The notes under the pieces are model-generated. The model saw only the letters and a list, made by a program, of their open reading frames with translations, was not told where the DNA came from and did not search any database. Shown here piece after piece: positions 31,717 through 40,261 of a DNA stretch of 64,000 bases. Made by a program: the position numbers and the translations under genes. Position 1 is the stretch's first letter. The number at the start of each line of letters is the position of its first letter. The DNA comes from Candidatus Micrarchaeia archaeon (GTDB taxonomy: Archaea; Micrarchaeota; Micrarchaeia; Burarchaeales; JACRGF01), in assembly GCA_038890815.1 (NCBI GenBank), contig JAWAFC010000002.1, positions 41,067 through 105,066 of the forward strand. Reading direction: 5' to 3'.

Positions 31717-33486
31717 CTAAGCCAGCAGGTGCAGGCCGAGCGATAGTTTGAACACGCCGAGCGAGAGGGGAGCGAGGATGAGGAAATACACGAGCGCCTT
31801 GCGTGGGGAGCCCTCCTGAAAAGCCACAAGCAAGCCGGACAGGAAAGCATAGATAATGAGGTAGGCCTGCACGGCATCGAGCGTGGCCGAGAAGAGCGTG
31901 AGGCGCTCAGTAGCCGGCAGCGCGGAGAAGAGCGCGCCTGCTGACAGATTGAGCTCTGCCACCATGTTGGCAACGAGCGCGAGTATGAAGGGAACGAGCA
32001 CACTGCCTCCTATCAGCATCGTGTACTTCTGCATGGCCAGCAGCGCCGCGCGCTCCCTCACGAGCGCGGCAAAGCCCATGATGTCTTCGGCCGTCTCGCG
32101 CACGGCATGTTCGAAAGCCGCACCGGCCGACCAGCCAGCCGCGAGAAGGTGTGTTGCACGTGAGAGCAACAGCGAGTCATTGCGTTCGCCTATCTCAAGC
32201 ACAGCCCGCTCAAGCGGCATGCCCGACCTGACCTGGTTGAGGGCCATGCGGAACTCCTCGCTGAGGGGCCCGAAGCCAGAGCCGGCAATGCTCTCGAGAA
32301 TTCTCTCTACCGAAACACCCCTGGGAAACGAGGAGGCCTGAAACAGCGCATCGGGCAGAAACCTCTCAAGCTCTTTTGTGCGCTGCTCGAGCCTGTAGGA
32401 AAGAGAGAGATAGGTGAGGGCTGGCAGTGCCAGGGGAATTGGGGAGTAGGCCCGCATCGCTGGAGCAGACAGCGAAAGCGCAAGCAGAAGGAGAAAGCAC
32501 AGTATGCCTACGGCGAGGGAGAGGAGGATGAGGCGCTTAGCTCCAAAATGGGCGAAAGGGGCAGGGACCACGGCATCGAGGCGAGCCATTTCCTCCTCGG
32601 AAAGGGGGGATGAAAGGGAGCTGTGCAGAAAGGGTGGGGCTTTCATGCGTATCGCCATGATGACAAGCAGGCCGAGCAAGGGAAAGACCACGAGATAGGC
32701 GAGCCAGATATCGCTCGCGGTGAAAATGGGCGAAAAAATCGCCGAACCCACCACAACGTATGCCTGAAAGAGTGCGGGAATGACGCACGCCACGGCGAGA
32801 AAAAGCAGGCCGAGAAATGACAGCGCAGCCGCATACTCACGCGCGCCAGCTTTCTGAACATCGATGAGCTCATCGGCCAGCCGCTTGAGGGCCTCACCCT
32901 GCCCGCCATGCTGATAGGCTGCCACGAGGTGGGCGACAGCGCGCCTAAATGCCAGCGAGCCCACGCGGCCGGCCAGCCTGCGCAGGGCATCGGGAAAGGT
33001 GGCCCCACCTTTCTTTACCTCATTGAGCACGAGCGCGAGCTCGGCCGAGGTCTGGTAGCGCATGCGCGCCGCGCGCTCGATGGCCTTCTCGAAAGGCGTA
33101 TTGAGCGAAAGCTCGGCGGCCAGAAAACGAAGGAGGAAAGGAAGCTCTGCCTCCAGCTGCGCAGCCCGCCTTTTCGCCTGAAATGCTGGCAAGGATTTGA
33201 GCACGAGGAAGATGAGGGAGAAGGATAGCAGGGAGAGCGACAGGGATGTCGGCGCATCGCGCAAGAGGAAGTAAAACGCGCCGAAGAGAACAGAGGCAAG
33301 GAAAAGCGAGAGTAGGAGGGAACGGAAGAGATAAGAGCGCGCGGGGATGCCCATGCCTGCCTGCTCAAGCTGCGACTGTAGGCACGCGGTTTCCTGCCTA
33401 GTGAAAAGCCAGCTCACGCGAGGTTTTAAATTGGCGGTAAATTTATGCTTGACTGCGATTATCGAAAAACGAGCTCTTCCCTGCAT
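31717..33486 (-). CDS. Type II secretion system F-domain membrane protein (FlaJ/TadC-like platform protein); start uncertain (33486 or ~33354)
   Basis: Two T2SS-F-like repeats (e.g. ...ALRRLAGRVGSLAFRRAVAHLVAAYQHGG...), ~9 TM helices, and a length typical of archaeal FlaJ/TadC homologues. No adjacent secretion ATPase is in the window. Confidence 0.55.
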   Translation of the reverse strand: MQGRARFSIIAVKHKFTANLKPRVSWLFTRQETACLQSQLEQAGMGIPARSYLFRSLLLSLFLASVLFGAFYFLLRDAPTSLSLSLLSFSLIFLVLKSLPAFQAKRRAAQLEAELPFLLRFLAAELSLNTPFEKAIERAARMRYQTSAELALVLNEVKKGGATFPDALRRLAGRVGSLAFRRAVAHLVAAYQHGGQGEALKRLADELIDVQKAGAREYAAALSFLGLLFLAVACVIPALFQAYVVVGSAIFSPIFTASDIWLAYLVVFPLLGLLVIMAIRMKAPPFLHSSLSSPLSEEEMARLDAVVPAPFAHFGAKRLILLSLAVGILCFLLLLALSLSAPAMRAYSPIPLALPALTYLSLSYRLEQRTKELERFLPDALFQASSFPRGVSVERILESIAGSGFGPLSEEFRMALNQVRSGMPLERAVLEIGERNDSLLLSRATHLLAAGWSAGAAFEHAVRETAEDIMGFAALVRERAALLAMQKYTMLIGGSVLVPFILALVANMVAELNLSAGALFSALPATERLTLFSATLDAVQAYLIIYAFLSGLLVAFQEGSPRKALVYFLILAPLSLGVFKLSLGLHLLA

Positions 33487-33672
33487 TCAGAGCGCATCCG
33501 CAACAGCAAAAGATCGTGGCGCAATCCATTTAAACCTCGCCCGTGTAAAATGTTCGGTCAGCGGCCATAGGGGAGGGGCCAGACCCGAACCCATTCCGAA
33601 CTCGGCAGTGAATCCCTCCCACGATGTCGCTTGTACTGCCATGCGGCGGGAAAGCGCATTGCTGCTGGCCAT

Positions 33673-33980
33673 TATCAGAACCAACCGACGGCTTCCTCGC
33701 TCGCAATAGGAACCGTAGGTTCCTATTACCTCCCTTTTTATTTGCGCGAGGCTCGCTCCTCGTCATATCGTTGGTTCCGATCGGAACCGCCAGCGCGGTT
33801 CCGATACCTTCAAACCGCGGAAGGGCTCCGCCCCTCCCCAGTTCCAGGCTCCTCCTGACCCACCCCAATCAGAACCGCCAGCGCGGTTCCGATACCTCCA
33901 GCAACCCCTTTTCTATCCTTTATCCCCGAAGAGGGGGGAAGGTCTAGGACGAAGGGGGGATACTTCCCCCCTTTGTCTAG
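33673..33980. repeat. Hairpin-rich composite repeat element, copy B (~308 bp), in the same orientation as copy A
   Basis: See copy A. It shares >80% identical modules in the same order, with a single copy of the terminal ~48-bp unit. It lies in the intergenic space between two minus-strand genes. Confidence 0.75.
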
Positions 33981-33982
33981 GG

Positions 33983-34489
33983 TCATTGCGCTTTCAGCTG
34001 CAATTCTCCGACCGCTATGCGAACCTCTTCCGGCATTATTGTGAAATGGTGGCGGATGAAGAGAACGCCCTCGAAGCTCTCGTTTGTGTTGAATTGCCTG
34101 TTCTCGCCCGCCTCGTTTCGGCAAGGCACGGGCACAAGGTCGGTGGCTCCTGCTTGTGGGATGGACTTGTTCATCTTTGTCCATTCAGCAGCGGGGAGCA
34201 GACGCACATCGCGCGCCTTGCTCGAGCAGTACAGGCCCGTCACGACTATCTCGCCTGGCATGGCATTCCTCACCCTCAGCGTGAGGTAGCCGTCCGTTGA
34301 TAGCTTGGCTGAACAGCTCAAGCCTGGCGGCAACAGGCACTCCTGCGAGATATTTTTGTCGGCCACTCCGGCGCACTCGCTCAGGCTATCGGCGAGCGAG
34401 CCATTCAGACAGACAAAACTACCCTGAGGCGCTCCGGTGCATCCAAGCAGGATGCCAAGCAGCAGCACAGCGGCCAGCCCTCTCATCAT
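33983..34489 (-). CDS. Secreted lipoprotein-like protein, unknown function
   Basis: Signal MMRGLAAVLLLGILLGC (lipobox-like LLGC), with several Cys and N-x-S/T sequons. Confidence 0.45.
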   Translation of the reverse strand: MMRGLAAVLLLGILLGCTGAPQGSFVCLNGSLADSLSECAGVADKNISQECLLPPGLSCSAKLSTDGYLTLRVRNAMPGEIVVTGLYCSSKARDVRLLPAAEWTKMNKSIPQAGATDLVPVPCRNEAGENRQFNTNESFEGVLFIRHHFTIMPEEVRIAVGELQLKAQ

Positions 34490-34791
34490 TCAACCAACTC
34501 CCCTCTCAGCACAAGGAACATCTCTATGGCTGCTATTATTAGCACGGCCTTGGGAACCGCCCAGGTCAGCGGAAGCCCGGCTTGCCTGTTAGTCACCAAT
34601 ACTCCCTCGATAAAGTTCTCAAACGCGAGCGCGAAGCACACGAGGATGAGCGCGGCGAGCGCGCGCGCTTCCCTTTTCTTTGACAGCGCGTCGATGTAAG
34701 CACGCAACAGCAAAAGGGTAATGGCCGTCCACAGCACTGCAGAAAGCCACAGCGTGCCCACAATGATATCGCTCACGCTTATCCTTTGCAA
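34486..34791 (-). CDS. Small (101 aa) membrane protein, hypothetical; ATGA-coupled to the downstream lipoprotein gene
   Basis: Three hydrophobic helices and a 4-nt overlap with the next gene. Confidence 0.35.
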   Translation of the reverse strand: MQRISVSDIIVGTLWLSAVLWTAITLLLLRAYIDALSKKREARALAALILVCFALAFENFIEGVLVTNRQAGLPLTWAVPKAVLIIAAIEMFLVLRGELVE

Positions 34792-34827
34792 ACATGCTTT
34801 TTAAAATCTCGCACCTATCTTCATTCG

Positions 34828-36087
34828 ATGAAATCATCTGCCATTTCGGGTTTCTACAAGTTGAGCGTCGAGGAGAGAGTCAGGCTGGTGAAAGAGTTCG
34901 CTGGCCTGAGCGAGGCCGAAGTGGCCCTGCTCAGGAACGCGCTGTCCATTGAGACGGCCAACCGCATGATAGAGAATGTCGTGGGCCTTCACGCCCTTCC
35001 CATCGGCATTGCCACATACTTCACCATTAACGGCCGTGAGCTGCTTATCCCGATGGTGATCGAGGAGCCGAGCGTGGTGGCCGCGGCCTCGCACGCCGCG
35101 AAGCTTGCCAGGCCCGGCGGGGGCTTTCAGGCCGAGGCCGATGCCTCCCTCATGATCGGGCAGATCCAGCTGGTGGGCATCGCCGATGCCGAAGGAGCAG
35201 TGGCAGACATCACGGCGCGCGCGAGCGAGCTACTGGCAAGCCTGCAGGATGTCGATGCGGTGCTTGTGAAACATGGTGGCGGACCGAGGGAGTTGAGCGC
35301 GCGCGTGCTCGATACCGCCAGAGGGAGAATGGTGGTGGCAGAGCTGACTGTCGATGTGCGCGATGCCATGGGCGCGAACGCCGTCAATACAATGTGCGAG
35401 AGGCTCGCGCCACAGCTCGAACGCATAACGGGCGGCCGGGCCAGGCTCCGCATACTCACCAACCTTGCCGTAAGACGGCTCGCGCGGGCGCGCGCTGTTT
35501 GGAAGAAGGAGGTTATTGGCGAGGATACCGTGGAGGGGATTCTCGATGGCTGGGCGTTTGCTCAGGCCGATGTCTTCAGATGCGCCACTCACAACAAGGG
35601 CATAATGAATGGCATCGATGCGGTAGCCTTGGCCACGGGCAATGACTGGCGCGCGCTCGAGGCGGGCGCGCATGCCTATGCCGCAAGGAGCGGAAAATAT
35701 GCGCCGCTCACGAGGTACGAAAAGGATGCCCAGGGCAACCTCATAGGCTTCATAGAGCTGCCCATTGCGGTTGGGGTTGTTGGGGGAGCCACGCGAACAC
35801 ATCCCCTGGCGCAGCTTGCGCTCAAAATTATGGGCGTGAGCACCGCGCGTGAGCTCGCCATGGTGATGGCGTGCGTTGGGCTCGCGAATAATTTCGCCGC
35901 GCTGCGCGCGCTGGCCACCGAGGGAATACAGAAAGGACACATGGCGCTGCATGCACGCAACATCGCCATCATGGCTGGCGCACAGGGGAGCGAGATCGAT
36001 GCCGTTGCAGAGGTGTTGGTGTCAGAAGGGAATGTGCGCGTGGACAGGGCAAAGGAGGTTCTCGCACAGCTGAGAAAGGGGCGATGA
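34828..36087 (+). CDS. hmgA: Hydroxymethylglutaryl-CoA reductase (class-II-like, ~420 aa)
   Basis: Start at MKSSAISGFYKLSVEERV. It has an ENVVGLHALPIG block (E-N-V-I/V-G catalytic motif) and DAMGANAVNTMCE (DAMGxN). Its length and N-terminus resemble class II enzymes. Confidence 0.75.
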   Translation: MKSSAISGFYKLSVEERVRLVKEFAGLSEAEVALLRNALSIETANRMIENVVGLHALPIGIATYFTINGRELLIPMVIEEPSVVAAASHAAKLARPGGGFQAEADASLMIGQIQLVGIADAEGAVADITARASELLASLQDVDAVLVKHGGGPRELSARVLDTARGRMVVAELTVDVRDAMGANAVNTMCERLAPQLERITGGRARLRILTNLAVRRLARARAVWKKEVIGEDTVEGILDGWAFAQADVFRCATHNKGIMNGIDAVALATGNDWRALEAGAHAYAARSGKYAPLTRYEKDAQGNLIGFIELPIAVGVVGGATRTHPLAQLALKIMGVSTARELAMVMACVGLANNFAALRALATEGIQKGHMALHARNIAIMAGAQGSEIDAVAEVLVSEGNVRVDRAKEVLAQLRKGR

Positions 36088-36088
36088 G

Positions 36089-37759
36089 GTGCTGACAAAA
36101 CGAGATGTCGTATTGCTGGCTGTAGTGGTTTTCTTCGCCCTTGCCATGGCCTCAATCGATTTTGGGGAGATTGATGCGCGCACCTATCCCCATCTCCTCC
36201 GCATTGAGAAGGGGGAGGGCGCAAATGGTTTTCATGCAGCGCTCGCGGCACTCAAAGGAAGCGGGAGGACTTTACTCAAGAATGTCGCACTGATTCTGCC
36301 TGCCGTGCTGACAGCCATGTCGACGGCATTCGTTTTTCTCACGCTGCTGCCCATCGGCAGATTTCATGCCTTTTTTGCAGCCGTGCTGTATGCATCCTCC
36401 CCACTTGTGCTCGCGAGCTCCACCTCGGGCGTGTTGCTCCCAGAGACATTTGCCCTATTTTTTTACACGCTTTCGGCCCTCCTCTTTCTCTCCTCGCTGA
36501 GGGTGCCCGCGCTCGCGCTCTCCGCCGGCCTGGCATCGCTGGCCGCCGCAATCCTCTCTCCCGATTTCATCTATGCTGCCCTGGCGCTGTTCGTTGCCGG
36601 CCTCCTCCACTCCGCCCTCCACAAGCACTTCCCCCTGCAGCCAGCACTGCTCGCTCTGCCATTCCTCGCTTTTCCGGCCCTTGCCACTCTCCCACAGCTA
36701 TCATTTTCGTCCACGCTCGATCCCTGGAGTTTGCTCACATTCGGCATTGCAGTGTTTCCCCTCGTGCGGTCCGGGCGCATTGAGAGAGAGGAGGTATTCT
36801 TTGGCGTGCTCGCCCTTCTCTCTCTCATACTGGCATGGCATGCCCGTGCGCTCGCACCGACGGGCCTTGCGCTCGCGGCGGGATTTGCGGCAGGCTCGGC
36901 TTTCACATCACAGCGTCATCCGCTCACGGGGCTGGCGGTGCTCGCCTTTTTTGTCTTTCTGTCAATCACCACCGCCTTTGTTGAGCCAGCGCGCGCGCTC
37001 GCTCTCGCCACTGTTCTCACTGTGCTGATCGCTCTCGGCGCATGGATGTACAGGGAGAAAGTGCCCCCCTTCTACGCCATCTCGCTGGCCATGCTGCTCG
37101 CGCTTTTCCACGGCCTGCTTGCTGCACAATTCTCGAAGCAGGCTATCGGGCCCGAGACAAAAGCAGCCATTGCCTGGAGCGCCAACCTGCCCTCCGGTGC
37201 GCGCGTCGCGCTGTGGGGCGACGAAACCGCTTTCGAGTTCGAAAGTGGCCTGCGCGCGCTCGGGGACAGGAATGCGCTGGCGCGCTATCTGCTGTCAAAC
37301 GCTACCACGACCGAACTTGCGCGCGCCGGAGTCACCCATCTCATCATCCCCTTCAGCGTGTTCGATGATTTCGGCGCGTTGCGCGAGGCTGCGCGCTCCA
37401 CGGCACGCCTTGATGCCTTTGCCCCCACAGGCCAATACGTTGTGTTGGGCAACCGCCTTTATGCTGTATTCTCCTCCAAAACGGGCTGGATGTTCTATCC
37501 TGCCGATCCAGACACGGGCAATCTCATAGAGGGCGAGATCCTGCTCGAGAGTGGCGGTAGCCTGCCGACAGGGCGGCTCCTCCTGCTCAAGGCCTCCAAC
37601 ACCAGCGGGCTGGCTCCCGCTGACAGGTTCATCTATCCACGCGCGGGCCTTGAGATCAATCTGCTCAAGCTCTTCTTTCCCGATAGTTTCGGTAAGGCTG
37701 CTGGCGTGAGAGAGCTCAGCCGGGAACAAGGATTGCTCATACTGGAGGTGAGTGAATGA
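36089..37759 (+). CDS. Polytopic membrane protein (556 aa), possibly a GT-C-fold glycosyltransferase; function unassigned
   Basis: About 13 TM helices in the N-terminal 370 aa, followed by a soluble C-terminal domain. It sits between hmgA and the AglH-like gene with 1-4 nt spacing. Confidence 0.45.
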   Translation: MLTKRDVVLLAVVVFFALAMASIDFGEIDARTYPHLLRIEKGEGANGFHAALAALKGSGRTLLKNVALILPAVLTAMSTAFVFLTLLPIGRFHAFFAAVLYASSPLVLASSTSGVLLPETFALFFYTLSALLFLSSLRVPALALSAGLASLAAAILSPDFIYAALALFVAGLLHSALHKHFPLQPALLALPFLAFPALATLPQLSFSSTLDPWSLLTFGIAVFPLVRSGRIEREEVFFGVLALLSLILAWHARALAPTGLALAAGFAAGSAFTSQRHPLTGLAVLAFFVFLSITTAFVEPARALALATVLTVLIALGAWMYREKVPPFYAISLAMLLALFHGLLAAQFSKQAIGPETKAAIAWSANLPSGARVALWGDETAFEFESGLRALGDRNALARYLLSNATTTELARAGVTHLIIPFSVFDDFGALREAARSTARLDAFAPTGQYVVLGNRLYAVFSSKTGWMFYPADPDTGNLIEGEILLESGGSLPTGRLLLLKASNTSGLAPADRFIYPRAGLEINLLKLFFPDSFGKAAGVRELSREQGLLILEVSE

Positions 37760-38772
37760 ACCTCGATTTTGGCATTTCGCTGACAGTTGTGTTCGCGCTG
37801 TCCTTTTTCACCGTCCTTCTCACCACACCGCTGCTGGCGCGCAAAATAGCCGCGGCCGGACTGCTCGCGCCAGATCTCAACAAGCGCGGCAGGCCCGCCG
37901 TTCCGAGAATAGGCGGCGTGGCGGTGATCTTCGGCTTCGCTCTCGCCACACTGCTCTCGCTGCAGCTCTCTACCCACCTCCTCAACGTCCCCCTCATGCT
38001 GGCGAGCATCGCAACCGTGCTTCTCATTGCGTTGCTCGGTCTTCTCGACGATATCTTGCGCATTCGCGATGTCTGGCGTGTGGTGCTGCCTGCATTCGCC
38101 GCACTCCCCCTCATGGCCGTGAAGGCCGGCACGAGCGTACTCACCATTCCTCTCATCGGTCCGGTGGAGACCGATCTTGGCGTTTTTGTGCTGCCCTTTC
38201 TGGGACCTGTTGATGTCAACCTATATGTTCTCCTTCTCATCCCGATCGGCGTGGTGGCCTCAAGCAATCTCATCAATCTCCTAGCCGGTTTCAACGGCCT
38301 TGAGGCCGGAAGCGGCGCGATCGTCAGCGCCTCGCTCCTGGCCACCCTTCTGCTCCTACCACCAAACCCGGGCACTGCCGTGGCCGGTTTCTTGCTCGCG
38401 GCCATGCTCGGTGCTTGCCTCGCTTTCCTGCCGTTCAACTGGTTTCCGGCGCGCGTTTTTCCCGGCAATGTGCTCACCTATGCCATAGGCGCGCTCATCG
38501 TGGCCGCCGTGGTTTCCGCTAACTTCGAGCGTGCGGGCGTCATCGCGCTCACCCCGCAGATTGTAGAATTCTTTCTCAAGGCGCGCTCACGCTTTCAGGC
38601 CGAGAACTTTGGCAGGCCCGACAAGCAGGGGAGGCTGCACTACAGCGGCAAGATATGTTCGCTCACACATCTCATCATGCGGCTCTTCAAGCCAACCGAG
38701 CCGCAGCTCGTGGTCGTGCTCCTGCTGCTACAAGCGCTTTTCGGCCTGCTGGCCATGGCCAGCGTGCTCTAG
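37756..38772 (+). CDS. UDP-HexNAc:polyprenyl-phosphate HexNAc-1-phosphate transferase (MraY/WecA/AglH family)
   Basis: 338 aa, ~10 TM helices, a DDxxD-like GLLDDILRIRD motif and an NLINLLAGFNGLEAG block conserved in the PNPT family. Confidence 0.7.
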   Translation: MNLDFGISLTVVFALSFFTVLLTTPLLARKIAAAGLLAPDLNKRGRPAVPRIGGVAVIFGFALATLLSLQLSTHLLNVPLMLASIATVLLIALLGLLDDILRIRDVWRVVLPAFAALPLMAVKAGTSVLTIPLIGPVETDLGVFVLPFLGPVDVNLYVLLLIPIGVVASSNLINLLAGFNGLEAGSGAIVSASLLATLLLLPPNPGTAVAGFLLAAMLGACLAFLPFNWFPARVFPGNVLTYAIGALIVAAVVSANFERAGVIALTPQIVEFFLKARSRFQAENFGRPDKQGRLHYSGKICSLTHLIMRLFKPTEPQLVVVLLLLQALFGLLAMASVL

Positions 38773-39491
38773 CGCCCGCGCGTGACCAAATCTATTATGC
38801 TGATTATCTGATTGAGATATTCATAGTCGTGAATGCGACCGATATCCATCCAGTACTCATCAAAAACATAGCCATACACGGGCCTGCCGGCCGCCAGCAT
38901 GGCCGGGAAAACATCTTTGGCGAAGTCCTTGCCCGGCGATATGAAATCGAACACCTCGGGCTCAAGCACATACACGCCAGCATTGATGAGGTTGGTGAGG
39001 ATGGGCTTTTCCTGAAACTTCGTTATGCGCCCATGCTTGTCGACTTCCGCTATCCCGTACTCCAGCGGCATTCCCTGCCTTTTGAGCCCGAGCGTGGCCA
39101 CCGCCCTTTTCTCCCGATGCCATCTTACCATCTTCTGCAAATCAACTGTGGTGAGGTGGTCACCCATCACCACAACAAACGTATCCTTAACCTCTTTTCT
39201 CGCTGGATAGATTGAGCCCGCGGTATTCATGGGCCTTTTCTCCTCAATGTAGGAGATGTTCACGCCCCACCTACTGCCGTTTCCGAAATGCTCGCGGATG
39301 CATTCCCCGAGATAGCCTATGGTCAGCGTGATGTTGGTTATTCCGTTTGCCTTCAGGTTCTCCACCACGAATTCGAGGATGGGCCTTTTGCCAAGCGGCA
39401 ACATTGGTTTGGGAATTGTGTATGTGTATGGCCGCAGCCGCGTGCCTTCCCCGCCACACAACACAAATGCCCTCGTATCATGCATTGACAT
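38769..39491 (-). CDS. Sugar-phosphate nucleotidyltransferase (short G1P thymidylyl/uridylyl-transferase-like)
   Basis: Start at MSMHDTRAFVLCGGEGTRLRPYTYTIPKPMLPLGKRPIL (G-x-G-T-R-L-x-P-x-T motif). The Cys/Trp-rich upstream extension in the track ORF is rejected. Confidence 0.65.
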   Translation of the reverse strand: MSMHDTRAFVLCGGEGTRLRPYTYTIPKPMLPLGKRPILEFVVENLKANGITNITLTIGYLGECIREHFGNGSRWGVNISYIEEKRPMNTAGSIYPARKEVKDTFVVVMGDHLTTVDLQKMVRWHREKRAVATLGLKRQGMPLEYGIAEVDKHGRITKFQEKPILTNLINAGVYVLEPEVFDFISPGKDFAKDVFPAMLAAGRPVYGYVFDEYWMDIGRIHDYEYLNQIISIIDLVTRGR

Positions 39492-40233
39492 CGCCTCTGT
39501 GAGCATCCAGCCACTTGCCCGTGAACACGAATCCATGCACCAGCCCTGCCTTTGCCAGCTCGGGCAACACATCGCGCTCCAGCGAGCCGCTCTTTGGCAA
39601 GAAGTCAAATATCCTTGGCTCAAGCACATATACACCCGCATTCACCAGCCTGCTCGGCTCTTTTCCGGGTGGAGGCTTTTCCACAAAACCCTTGACGCGC
39701 ACTCCCTCGAGCTCCACCGCACCGTAGCGTGAGGCATTCTTCACCTCAGTCAGCGCCATCGTGACCAACGGCCTCTCTCTGGCATGCTGCGCGAGCATGC
39801 TCATGAGATCGAAATCACACAGCGTGTCCGCATACAGCAGCAGGAAGGTGTTTTTCACAACGCTCCTCGCCAGCGCCAGCGCGCCGGCCGTGCCACGCGG
39901 GCTTTCCTCAAACAGGAACCTGATGCTCGGTACGGCATCGCCCGCACTTTCGACCAATGGGCTGTTCCCCACCACAATGACCTCTTGCACGCCGAACCCG
40001 CCGAGCCAGGCGAGGATGCGCGACAACACCGCTCGCTTTCTGTCTGATGGTCTAACACCCTTTCCCCCTGCCAATATGACTGCGGTAGCCGGCATACTCT
40101 CGGCGAGCGCAGCCCTGAGGAGCATCTCTATGGCATGCGAGCGTGACTTGACTCTCTCACCGTCCACCATAGCGTCTATGCGCGCCAGCAGCGCTGGATC
40201 TATGCTGATGGCGATCTTTTCCTTTTGTTTCAT
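39478..40233 (-). CDS. Ribbon-helix-helix (CopG/Arc-like) domain fused to a sugar-phosphate nucleotidyltransferase domain
   Basis: The N-terminal ~45 aa KEKIAISIDPALLARIDAMVDGERVKSRSHAIEMLLRAAL has the beta-alpha-alpha RHH pattern. It is followed by AVILAGGKGVRP...VGNSPLVE...GTAGAL...LLYADTLCDFDL of the NTP-transferase fold. Confidence 0.55.
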   Translation of the reverse strand: MKQKEKIAISIDPALLARIDAMVDGERVKSRSHAIEMLLRAALAESMPATAVILAGGKGVRPSDRKRAVLSRILAWLGGFGVQEVIVVGNSPLVESAGDAVPSIRFLFEESPRGTAGALALARSVVKNTFLLLYADTLCDFDLMSMLAQHARERPLVTMALTEVKNASRYGAVELEGVRVKGFVEKPPPGKEPSRLVNAGVYVLEPRIFDFLPKSGSLERDVLPELAKAGLVHGFVFTGKWLDAHRGDVNA

Positions 40234-40261
40234 ACCATTTCATACTTTGAAAGAAATACTT

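Noticed and set aside
33673-33980. Repeat pair as attL/attR of a tRNA-integrated element
   Set aside because: Copy B carries no duplicated fragment of the tRNA-Thr 3' end. The intervening genes (purA, trmI, sod, prx) are housekeeping, with no integrase or other mobile-element genes.
35230-35952. 240-aa minus-strand ORF (and 34834-35462 ORFs)
   Set aside because: It is antisense to the HMG-CoA reductase gene, which has unambiguous catalytic motifs.
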